From the IMG/VR virus record IMGVR_UViG_3300021378_001157: a stretch of 64,000 nt of DNA; one strand, written 5' to 3'. The translations under genes were made by a program, and so were the position numbers. This document shows, one piece after another, positions 55,090-62,537 of the stretch. The notes under the pieces are model-generated. The model saw only the letters and a list, made by a program, of their open reading frames with translations, ran no database searches and was not told where the DNA came from. This stretch comes from an uncultured virus (IMG/VR IMGVR_UViG_3300021378_001157). Lineage: Duplodnaviria; Heunggongvirae; Uroviricota; Caudoviricetes. Every line of letters begins with the position of its first letter. The stretch's first letter is position 1.

Positions 55090-55653
55090 TTATAACATAA
55101 AGAGTTCTAATTTCTCTTTAGCCTTCTCCTCCTTCGCGAATTTTTTAACTGCTTTATCTTTCTCTTTAACTGTAGAAATACGTTGTCTTAGTGTATCAAC
55201 ATAGTTCATAGTTTCGGCTGCTCCTGCATCGTCCATACCCATAGATACGAAATCATCAATTCCCATCTTTTCAATAAACTTGAACTTGATGTCTTGTTGT
55301 TTCTTCTCTTTAGTTATCCTACGAATAAATGCATAGTAACAAATTTGGGTAAAGTAAGAGAATGCATTTGGATTACCAGTTCTAGTTGCTGTTTCAATTC
55401 TATAGTTTCCTATAGCCCTTAGACAATTCTCTACAGCGTCCATTACCATTTCCTCTCTATAAGTATATCTTACAAAGTTTGGTCTATGGCTTAAGCCTTC
55501 TGCGATTTTAATAAAGCATTTGGCTATGTAATCTGGTACTGTAGGTGAGTCAACTCCCTTCTCCTTATGCATATTACAGTCTTTAACATAATCAACTACA
55601 GCGAGTGAGAATTCCTTGTTATTGACGTAATGTGGTTTTTGTTTAGGTTTCAT
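55090..55653 (-). CDS. 55: late-transcription sigma factor gp55
   Basis: HYVNNKEF, KIAEGLS.RPNF..YTYREEM, NAFSYFTQI...AFIRRI.KEK. Confidence 0.95.
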   Translation of the reverse strand: MKPKQKPHYVNNKEFSLAVVDYVKDCNMHKEKGVDSPTVPDYIAKCFIKIAEGLSHRPNFVRYTYREEMVMDAVENCLRAIGNYRIETATRTGNPNAFSYFTQICYYAFIRRITKEKKQQDIKFKFIEKMGIDDFVSMGMDDAGAAETMNYVDTLRQRISTVKEKDKAVKKFAKEEKAKEKLELFML

Positions 55654-55677
55654 AATTATTTCTCCAATAATAGTATT

Positions 55678-55706
55678 ATTATACTACAGAATCGGTTCAA
55701 TGTAAA
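55678..55706 (-). promoter_or_regulatory. early promoter of gene 55
   Basis: TTTACA-N17-TATAAT. Confidence 0.8.
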
Positions 55707-55753
55707 GTCTTTTTTTTAAAATAAATTAATTTCATTTTTTTTCATTTAGCCCC

Positions 55754-55782
55754 TTTACAAATGCCGAAAAGTGTAGTATAAT
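55754..55782 (+). promoter_or_regulatory. the only plus-strand copy seen of the early promoter, divergent from gene 55
   Basis: TTTACA-AATGCCGAAAAGTGTAG-TATAAT followed by GGGGGAGACAGGGG. Confidence 0.75.
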
Positions 55783-55819
55783 ATATTATCTCCGGGGGAG
55801 ACAGGGGTATACTATCTTT

Positions 55820-56206
55820 TTAATGTATTGTAGGTTCGGTATCGGTATCATCTTCTTCTTCATCATAATCATAAGGTGTTTCATCCCTCTGGAGGAGGGA
55901 TTCCTTTAGGGATTCTATTCTTTTTAGAACTTCATCACTTGAATAAGGTTGTTCCTCATCCATGATGTATTTAATGTAAGCTTCTTCAAAGTCCTTAGCT
56001 ATAGGAACATGCTGGATGCATCTATTTTTATATAGTTTAAAGATGTTTTGTTTAGAGAGTGGAAACCAGTGGCTGAATACCAGTCGGCCGTACATATCAT
56101 GACCTATTGATACAGGCCTTTCAATGATATAATGACCATCATATCTAGTATTCATTACGGCAATAATATCATCACCATTTAATAATTTAAACTGTCTTAT
56201 TTCCAT
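55820..56206 (-). CDS. Sm-like hypothetical protein
   Basis: IRQFKLLNGDDII; acidic tail ending PTIH; TATAAATA at 56214-56221. Confidence 0.65.
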   Translation of the reverse strand: MEIRQFKLLNGDDIIAVMNTRYDGHYIIERPVSIGHDMYGRLVFSHWFPLSKQNIFKLYKNRCIQHVPIAKDFEEAYIKYIMDEEQPYSSDEVLKRIESLKESLLQRDETPYDYDEEEDDTDTEPTIH

Positions 56207-56208
56207 AC

Positions 56209-57714
56209 TTATATATTTATATCGTATATTTTATACTTAAATTTCTCTTTAGCATATATCTTAATGCGCTCTGCCGCATGAACCAAGGTGTAGTTCTTCT
56301 TAGATTTCCAATGTAAATCATCTGCTATATCATATACAGTAGTTGGTTTACCATCATCTGTCTTTCTTAATCCTCTTCCGATACTTTGGAGAACCCTAAT
56401 TTGAGACTTACTTGGTGAAGCAAATATAATGTTGTGTAGATTACGAATATTAACCCCAGTAGAAAAAGTGCCCATAGAGGCGACAATAATCGCGTCACTG
56501 GATTTCTCTGTAATCTCTCGTACTTTCTCCCTCGTATCCACGTCGGTCTCTCCTGATACATAAAATAATCTCCTAGTATTTCTTGGTAGTTCATCAAACT
56601 TTTCTTGTAAAAGGTTATGTAGAGGTTTTCCGTGTTTGTCGACATATTGGAATAATATGAGTGTGGCACCGACATTTCCTAATGCAAGATTTGCGATAAA
56701 GTTGTTTCTCGGACCATATTGTACTATAAAGTCCATCTCTTGTTGATAAGAATTCTTTGATACTTCTTTGCAGAATTCATCTTTATATTTTAATAGAAGT
56801 ATATTAATATCTAACTGGGCTAAGTCGTTGTTATCCATTAACTTCTTAGTAGTTGTTACTTTATGTACAGGACCAAATAAACCCTCTAATACTAACTGAT
56901 GAGTTTGGGTACCATCTAGTGTTCCTGTAGTGCCTATCCTAAATTTGGCCTCGGTGCATTTTTCCAATATAGCAGTGAGAGACTTAGCCTTAAATGCATG
57001 TGCCTCATCACCAATAACCATACCATAAGGCTGAAACCATTCTGACCTTTCCTTATAGATGGATTGCCATGTGGTGATTACTACTCTATTGGCAATATTA
57101 TATTTCTCTTTACCTGCATATATTTTATGGCAATTCTCTTCTACATTCCATTCATCTTGGTTAGAATAATCAGCAAAGTCTGAATACATTTGTTCTACCA
57201 AAGATGTGGTTGGTACTATAAGTAAGACATTACCATCATGACTATCAAGGAAAGCTCGTATGGCCATGTAGATAATAAGTGATTTACCACTTGCAGTGGG
57301 TGATAGTAACAGTGACTTTTTATTAGATAATGCATGGTGTAATGCCTCCAGTTGATAATCTCTAGGTTTTATTTTATTTCCACCTGCAGTTAAAGTCAAC
57401 ATATCTAAGATGTGTTCTAAATCTACGGGTTCAAAGGTGTCTGGTCTTCCATAATTACTTGACTCTACCTCAACCGTATAATCTCTTGCATCTGCAAATT
57501 CTTGTAGATACTTAAACAGACCACAATAGAGAGTTCTTTTCCTCATATCAAGTAATCTAATCTTACCATCCCATATTCTATTCTTATATGCGGGCATGAA
57601 TTTATAACCAGGAACAAAGAAACAGAAGTGCTCTGTTAATTCCATTAGAATACCAGGGTCAGCATCTATTTGGAGAAAGCTTTCATTTCTCTTTGTTACT
57701 TTAATTTTGTCCAT
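56209..57714 (-). CDS. uvsW: SF2 DNA/RNA helicase UvsW
   Basis: WDGKIRL, PTASGKS, GDEAH, TGT, STGVNI, QSIGRGLR. Confidence 0.96.
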   Translation of the reverse strand: MDKIKVTKRNESFLQIDADPGILMELTEHFCFFVPGYKFMPAYKNRIWDGKIRLLDMRKRTLYCGLFKYLQEFADARDYTVEVESSNYGRPDTFEPVDLEHILDMLTLTAGGNKIKPRDYQLEALHHALSNKKSLLLSPTASGKSLIIYMAIRAFLDSHDGNVLLIVPTTSLVEQMYSDFADYSNQDEWNVEENCHKIYAGKEKYNIANRVVITTWQSIYKERSEWFQPYGMVIGDEAHAFKAKSLTAILEKCTEAKFRIGTTGTLDGTQTHQLVLEGLFGPVHKVTTTKKLMDNNDLAQLDINILLLKYKDEFCKEVSKNSYQQEMDFIVQYGPRNNFIANLALGNVGATLILFQYVDKHGKPLHNLLQEKFDELPRNTRRLFYVSGETDVDTREKVREITEKSSDAIIVASMGTFSTGVNIRNLHNIIFASPSKSQIRVLQSIGRGLRKTDDGKPTTVYDIADDLHWKSKKNYTLVHAAERIKIYAKEKFKYKIYDINI

Positions 57715-57863
57715 TTAACCTTTCCAAAAGCCATTGTATAAGAGTATTTATTAGTCCTTAAAACGATACCATCAAAGGACTTAACCTTCTCTTTAGTGTT
57801 TTCTTCTATCCATTTCTTTAATTGGGTGAGAGAATTCCAAGACTTCTTTTCTATATATTCCAT
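57696..57863 (-). CDS. small basic hypothetical protein (55 aa)
   Basis: Hand-translated MEYIEKKSWNSLTQLKKW...; TAATG coupling to uvsY. Confidence 0.55.
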   Translation of the reverse strand: MEYIEKKSWNSLTQLKKWIEENTKEKVKSFDGIVLRTNKYSYTMAFGKVKWTKLK

Positions 57864-58309
57864 TACATACCAGAAGTGAATTTATGCCAATCAATTGCAT
57901 TTCTAATAGATTGGTGACGCCACTTGATGTTTTCCATTATTTCTTTAAGAGTATCAACCATCTCTTGCTGATAGTGTTGTTTGGCCTGATGAGCCTGAAT
58001 GAGAGGGTCTGAATCGTACCATTTATCCATATCTCCCTTTAATACTGTAAGACCATTAAGTGGGTCATAAGACCAACCTTTATCGTCCATTTCTTCTTGT
58101 GTTAGTTTACCATTATAGTGCATAAACTTCTCTTTCAGTAAGACTTTAAAATCCAAGTCCAACTTCTTTAGTTTTAGTTTATTTACAGTATATAGTTCTA
58201 AATACTTCGAATGAAGTTTGGCTGATTCACGGGATGCATTACCTAAATCCATCTCATCTATAGTGGAATCTTTTTTCCACATTTCAATTATTTGTTCTAA
58301 ACTGTTCAT
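57863..58309 (-). CDS. uvsY: recombination mediator UvsY
   Basis: W.KDS.ID, LHSKY, D.D, R..SIRNAIDW.KF.SG. Confidence 0.92.
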   Translation of the reverse strand: MNSLEQIIEMWKKDSTIDEMDLGNASRESAKLHSKYLELYTVNKLKLKKLDLDFKVLLKEKFMHYNGKLTQEEMDDKGWSYDPLNGLTVLKGDMDKWYDSDPLIQAHQAKQHYQQEMVDTLKEIMENIKWRHQSIRNAIDWHKFTSGM

Positions 58310-58341
58310 AATATTCTCCAAGTATACTGTTAGATTATTCT

Positions 58342-58370
58342 ATTATACTACAAAATAACCTAAATGTAAA
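58342..58370 (-). promoter_or_regulatory. early promoter of uvsY
   Basis: TTTACA-N17-TATAAT. Confidence 0.8.
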
Positions 58371-58373
58371 CCA

Positions 58374-58832
58374 TTATTTAAATTCAAAGGTTGAGTAAGC
58401 AAATGTTACTGTCGCCTGTAGATATTCTACTTCTGTTCCTTGAGTGTCGAATGCAAGTTCTGTTATTGCAATAGGGAATACATCAGAAAAATGTATTCTT
58501 TTTGTTACGTTTGAATGTGAATTAAGTACTAGTAGTTCTGCGTCTTCAGACTGGTCTTCTTTCTCATTAACTATACGATGCATCCAATTAAACATCTCTA
58601 AGTAGTTTTCCATATCTTCTGTTACATTAAATGTAATAGATAGGTCACCAAAATTAATTCTATCACCCGTAAAGGCAATGTTGGCTCCTCTATATGGCAG
58701 AGGACTTTCTGCAATTGCCATATCAGGTAAAGATACACCAGTACAGAAATATTCTGAATTAGAAAATTTGTTCTTGTCTATAGAAAATTGAAAACCTATA
58801 GGACTTAAAAAGTTTTTATTAGTAGTTGTCAT
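58374..58832 (-). CDS. 3: tail tube terminator gp3
   Basis: NFLSP.GF.F, GD...F..L..TF.V.EDM.NY; follows gene 23. Confidence 0.85.
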   Translation of the reverse strand: MTTTNKNFLSPIGFQFSIDKNKFSNSEYFCTGVSLPDMAIAESPLPYRGANIAFTGDRINFGDLSITFNVTEDMENYLEMFNWMHRIVNEKEDQSEDAELLVLNSHSNVTKRIHFSDVFPIAITELAFDTQGTEVEYLQATVTFAYSTFEFK

Positions 58833-58837
58833 ATTAG

Positions 58838-58874
58838 TATTTATACCTTTTATTTACTTACTATATTATTTATA
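58838..58874 (-). promoter_or_regulatory. tandem late promoters
   Basis: TATAAATA at 58838-58845 and 58867-58874. Confidence 0.78.
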
Positions 58875-58877
58875 CGC

Positions 58878-58906
58878 AAAAAAAGAGAGCCCCGAAGGAC
58901 TCTCTT
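58878..58906 (-). terminator. gene 23 terminator with CUUCGG tetraloop
   Basis: AAGAGAGTCC-TTCG-GGGCTCTCTT followed by a T run. Confidence 0.9.
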
Positions 58907-58926
58907 AAATACTTTATTACTAAAGA

Positions 58927-60258
58927 TTAGTCGACCATAATGTCGTCTACTCTGAAGATTCTGAAGTATGGGTTAGCTCTGTCAGCACCAGTGCCGTCAG
59001 CGCCTACGAATGGATTAGTAACCATACCGTATCTAGTTTTGAACCCGATACGTGGTTGGAAATCACTTTCGCCAATTGCCTTAACCATAGTTAATGGTAC
59101 GTAAGGACAGTAGAACATACCCGCATCATACGGATTTGAACCTCTGTAACCTACTAAAGCAAAGTCTGCAGTTGCATATGGGTCTACATATACTTTTAGT
59201 CTTCCGTTAAGAACACCAGCAAAAGTATTACCTGTATCATCTACTTGTAATCCAGTAGATAGAGCAGGACTATAGTCCATTACACCAGCAGCCGCTAGAG
59301 CTGAAGCAACGTCTGAAGAACAGATAACAAAGTTACCTTTGCCTCTTCTAGTTTGCTTAGCAATAAGGTTTGCTTCTCTTTCGAGTTGCATGATAAGTCC
59401 TTTGAACTTCTCAACCATCCAACGTCCGTCTGAGTCTGTAGCAACATCAAAAGCACCTTTCAATGCTACTGAAGTTTGTTGTGCACCCAACTTAGCTTTA
59501 GCCATAATAGTTCTAATCATCTCTCTGTTGATTTCCGCAAGGATTTCAGTAGAAAGAATATTAGCTAATTCAGCTTCTGCATCTAGACCATGAATTGCTT
59601 TAAGGTCTTGAGCTAGTTCCATTGTGTACTCAGCTTTAAGAGCTCTTGACTTAGCAGTTACTGTTGATTTCTCAATAGTGAAAGCCATTTCTCCGAACCC
59701 AGCTCCTGTTAGAGCTTCAGCTTGAGCTGTAGTCTTACCAGAACCAGATGTAATTACTGTATCAGCTAGGTTATCACCTAGGACACCATCATTACCTGAA
59801 CCGTCTGTTTCGCCTTCAAGACCAGTAGGTCCAGCAGCGTGAGTACCAGTACCAGAAAAGTCAGTATCGGCTTCGTCAAAGAAAGCTTCCGCTCCGCCTT
59901 GAGTACCATACTTAGCTTTCATAGCAAAGATAAGACCAGTAGGACCAGTCATTGGTTGTACACCAGCAACATCATAAGCAATAAGATTTGGCATAGCTCT
60001 TCTTACGAGAGAGATAAGTACCGGATCAAATCCTTTAATATTACCAGCTGTGGCTCCCATACCAGCACCGACTACGTTAGCCGCTTCTGAGATATAGTTA
60101 CCTTGCATTTGAGCTGCTTCTTCTGCAAGAGCAACTTCCTGATTTTCTAACAATCTAGCTGTAACAGCTTTCTTGTATTTATCCTGAATACCTGGAGCAC
60201 TTTCGTGATCTAGTACAGGACCCCATTTTTCCATGAGTTGTGAGTCTGCATTAAACAT
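58927..60258 (-). CDS. 23: major capsid protein gp23
   Basis: KW..VL, LVRRAMPNLIAYD..GVQPM.GPTG, SRALKAEYT.ELAQDLKA.HG, FQP.IGFKTRYG. Confidence 0.97.
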   Translation of the reverse strand: MFNADSQLMEKWGPVLDHESAPGIQDKYKKAVTARLLENQEVALAEEAAQMQGNYISEAANVVGAGMGATAGNIKGFDPVLISLVRRAMPNLIAYDVAGVQPMTGPTGLIFAMKAKYGTQGGAEAFFDEADTDFSGTGTHAAGPTGLEGETDGSGNDGVLGDNLADTVITSGSGKTTAQAEALTGAGFGEMAFTIEKSTVTAKSRALKAEYTMELAQDLKAIHGLDAEAELANILSTEILAEINREMIRTIMAKAKLGAQQTSVALKGAFDVATDSDGRWMVEKFKGLIMQLEREANLIAKQTRRGKGNFVICSSDVASALAAAGVMDYSPALSTGLQVDDTGNTFAGVLNGRLKVYVDPYATADFALVGYRGSNPYDAGMFYCPYVPLTMVKAIGESDFQPRIGFKTRYGMVTNPFVGADGTGADRANPYFRIFRVDDIMVD

Positions 60259-60281
60259 TTTTTAGTTTCCCCTAATTTGTT

Positions 60282-61412
60282 TTATGAATAGTTTTTACTA
60301 ATAGCTTGTGTGTATCTAGCCATTGAATCCGAAACATCAGCAGTTTCTACTGAGTCATTTCCAATGAGACTTTTTACTTCATCAGCCTTCTCATTAACTT
60401 CTTTTGTGAAGTATGATTCTTTAACAGTTTTAACTTTCATTTCAAAAGTTTCTTTGTTATCGAAATCAATATCTTCAACCAAAGATGCTAACTTCTCAGC
60501 TTCAGTTTCAGCTAAACCTAAAGAATTTTCTCTGATTACATTTGCTCTTTCAAGTTCTTGAACGGACTCATGTAGTCTGATATTATCTTCTGTTGATTTA
60601 TTAAGGTTCCCTTCTAGTTCAGCTACTTGCTCTGATAAATCATCAACAAGGTCTACTTTACCTTCTGGAACATCAATGTAATGTTCTGTGAACACTTTTT
60701 GAAGTGAAGACATAAACTCTTCAGCAATTTCAGTCCTAAGACCATTAACTACTGAGACTTCATTTTCCTTCATCCAATTTTCAACAACGTATGAAAGGTA
60801 AGAATCTACCTTCTCTACTAGCTGTGATTGAACTTGAGAAACTTCTTCTTCAAGATTTTGCACGTATTCGGCTTCTAATCTTTCAACTTCTTCTGTCAAC
60901 TTAGATGTTAATACTGCTTCGAAGATAGCTCCGGCCTTTCCTCTGAATCCTTCAGAAAGGGTTGCTTCTTCTAGTACTAGTGCATCTAGGTCTTCATCAA
61001 AATCAATTGATTCAACTTTTGCTTTAACCTTAGGCTCATCTTTCGTTTTACCTTTGACTGCAGCAATTGCTTTGCCAACGGAGCCATCATCTTCGGCCTC
61101 GTCAACTTTTGCCATTTTTGCGTAAAGTTTTTGTGCATCTTCTTTACGTGCTTTCTTCAACATTTCTACTGCGGCTTGAATAACACCTGCTTTAGTTTTA
61201 GGAACAGAAAGTTCTGGAGCGGCTTCTTTAACCTCATCCTCTTCTTCCTCTTCTTCTTTTACATCTTCATCTTCCGATTCAGATTTAGCAGCTGCCTTCT
61301 CTTCAAGAGATTCCTCGTCTAAATTCTCATTTTCAACGAGCTCTTCTTCTTGAGTAAGCTCTTCACTAGCAATGTCTTCAACAAGCTCTTCTACTTTATT
61401 GTCGATTGACAT
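60282..61412 (-). CDS. 22: prohead core scaffold gp22
   Basis: Acidic coiled coil, LSE.F..KA..IFEA, VD.YL.YVVE.W; between genes 21 and 23. Confidence 0.9.
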   Translation of the reverse strand: MSIDNKVEELVEDIASEELTQEEELVENENLDEESLEEKAAAKSESEDEDVKEEEEEEDEVKEAAPELSVPKTKAGVIQAAVEMLKKARKEDAQKLYAKMAKVDEAEDDGSVGKAIAAVKGKTKDEPKVKAKVESIDFDEDLDALVLEEATLSEGFRGKAGAIFEAVLTSKLTEEVERLEAEYVQNLEEEVSQVQSQLVEKVDSYLSYVVENWMKENEVSVVNGLRTEIAEEFMSSLQKVFTEHYIDVPEGKVDLVDDLSEQVAELEGNLNKSTEDNIRLHESVQELERANVIRENSLGLAETEAEKLASLVEDIDFDNKETFEMKVKTVKESYFTKEVNEKADEVKSLIGNDSVETADVSDSMARYTQAISKNYS

Positions 61413-61421
61413 AACATTCTC

Positions 61422-62081
61422 CTATATTTTAGAGTTTAGTTTAGAGAGGAAATTCTTAAAAGCTCTGATTTCTACGTCCGCAGAATTCATATTTTTAGCT
61501 TCTTTTATTTCAGTCTCAATTTCTTCAATTTCTTGTGCCACAAGGATACCATTATTCCAAACCCAATCTACGCCTTCCATGATGCCATCTACGAAAGCAC
61601 CAGGCGCTGAAGGGTCTTGAACAATGTCAACGGTTGCAAGCATAAAATCCTTGCCAACATGTTGTGTACCATTCTTCTGTACAAGAGTTCCCATACCACG
61701 ACTTGAAACACCAAGCTTAACACCACCCTCTAATAATCCTTCAACTATTTTTCCCATAGGGGTTTTAAGTATTGATGCTTTTCCCACAACGTCATCTCCC
61801 TCCCAGCGGAGTTCAGTGATTTTGTGTGAAACTTTATCAAGATTGATAGTTGGTCCGTCTGGGTGATTTAATTCACCAACGGCTCTACCAGTCTTTACTT
61901 GTTCTTTTACATACTTATTAACAGCCGACTCTAATACGGTCTTGTCATAAGTTCTTTTGTTTCTATTCTCTCTATTGGCCTGCATGAAAACACCTTCAAT
62001 AACATATCCTTTCGAACCGTCTTTACGTGCTTCTTGTATGACCTCAAGGTCTGTTTCTAAATATTCGGCTATAAGCTTCAT
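61422..62081 (-). CDS. 21: prohead protease gp21
   Basis: IEGVFMQA, NRN.R.Y, GELNHP, GVSSRG.G, DIV.DPSAP.AFV. Confidence 0.96.
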   Translation of the reverse strand: MKLIAEYLETDLEVIQEARKDGSKGYVIEGVFMQANRENRNKRTYDKTVLESAVNKYVKEQVKTGRAVGELNHPDGPTINLDKVSHKITELRWEGDDVVGKASILKTPMGKIVEGLLEGGVKLGVSSRGMGTLVQKNGTQHVGKDFMLATVDIVQDPSAPGAFVDGIMEGVDWVWNNGILVAQEIEEIETEIKEAKNMNSADVEIRAFKNFLSKLNSKI

Positions 62082-62314
62082 TCTAGCTCTTCTCCCATCA
62101 GCTTAATAAAATCATTAGCTGATTTTTCTGCATCCTTTGCATTTCTAAAGTTATCATCTAGTTTTTCATTATCTACATAGACAGCAAACTTGTTGCCCTT
62201 CTTAGCGATAACTATATCTAGTGATTTTCTTTTGCCGCCTTTATAAGCCTTCACCTGTTTCTCGCCAGGGGCTAACTTAGCAACTTTTTCTCTTAGCTCT
62301 ACAAAAGAAAGCAT
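62078..62314 (-). CDS. small head-core protein at the gp68 position
   Basis: MLSFVELRE capsid-targeting-like start; synteny. Confidence 0.55.
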   Translation of the reverse strand: MLSFVELREKVAKLAPGEKQVKAYKGGKRKSLDIVIAKKGNKFAVYVDNEKLDDNFRNAKDAEKSANDFIKLMGEELE

Positions 62315-62318
62315 TTAT

Positions 62319-62489
62319 TTATTCCTTATCGGTATCATCTACGACTCTATCTTGTAAAGATGATGCTACTTCAATCTTCTTAGCATCTAAAGCCGCGGAT
62401 AATTTATCTGCCATAATACCATTAAATGCATTATTAGCAGAAACATTGTCGCCATTTTTCAAATTATCAATTAAATTATCAATTGTCAT
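62319..62489 (-). CDS. 67: prohead core protein gp67-like (56 aa)
   Basis: Hand-translated MTIDNLIDNLKNGDNVSANNAFNGIMADKLSAALDAKKIEVA...; directly after gene 20. Confidence 0.7.
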   Translation of the reverse strand: MTIDNLIDNLKNGDNVSANNAFNGIMADKLSAALDAKKIEVASSLQDRVVDDTDKE

Positions 62490-62510
62490 TTTATATTTTC
62501 CTTGTTTATA

Positions 62511-62518
62511 TATTTATA
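62511..62518 (-). promoter_or_regulatory. late promoter
   Basis: Intergenic TATAAATA upstream of gene 67. Confidence 0.8.
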
Positions 62519-62537
62519 AAAAAAAGTATTTCAAGAA

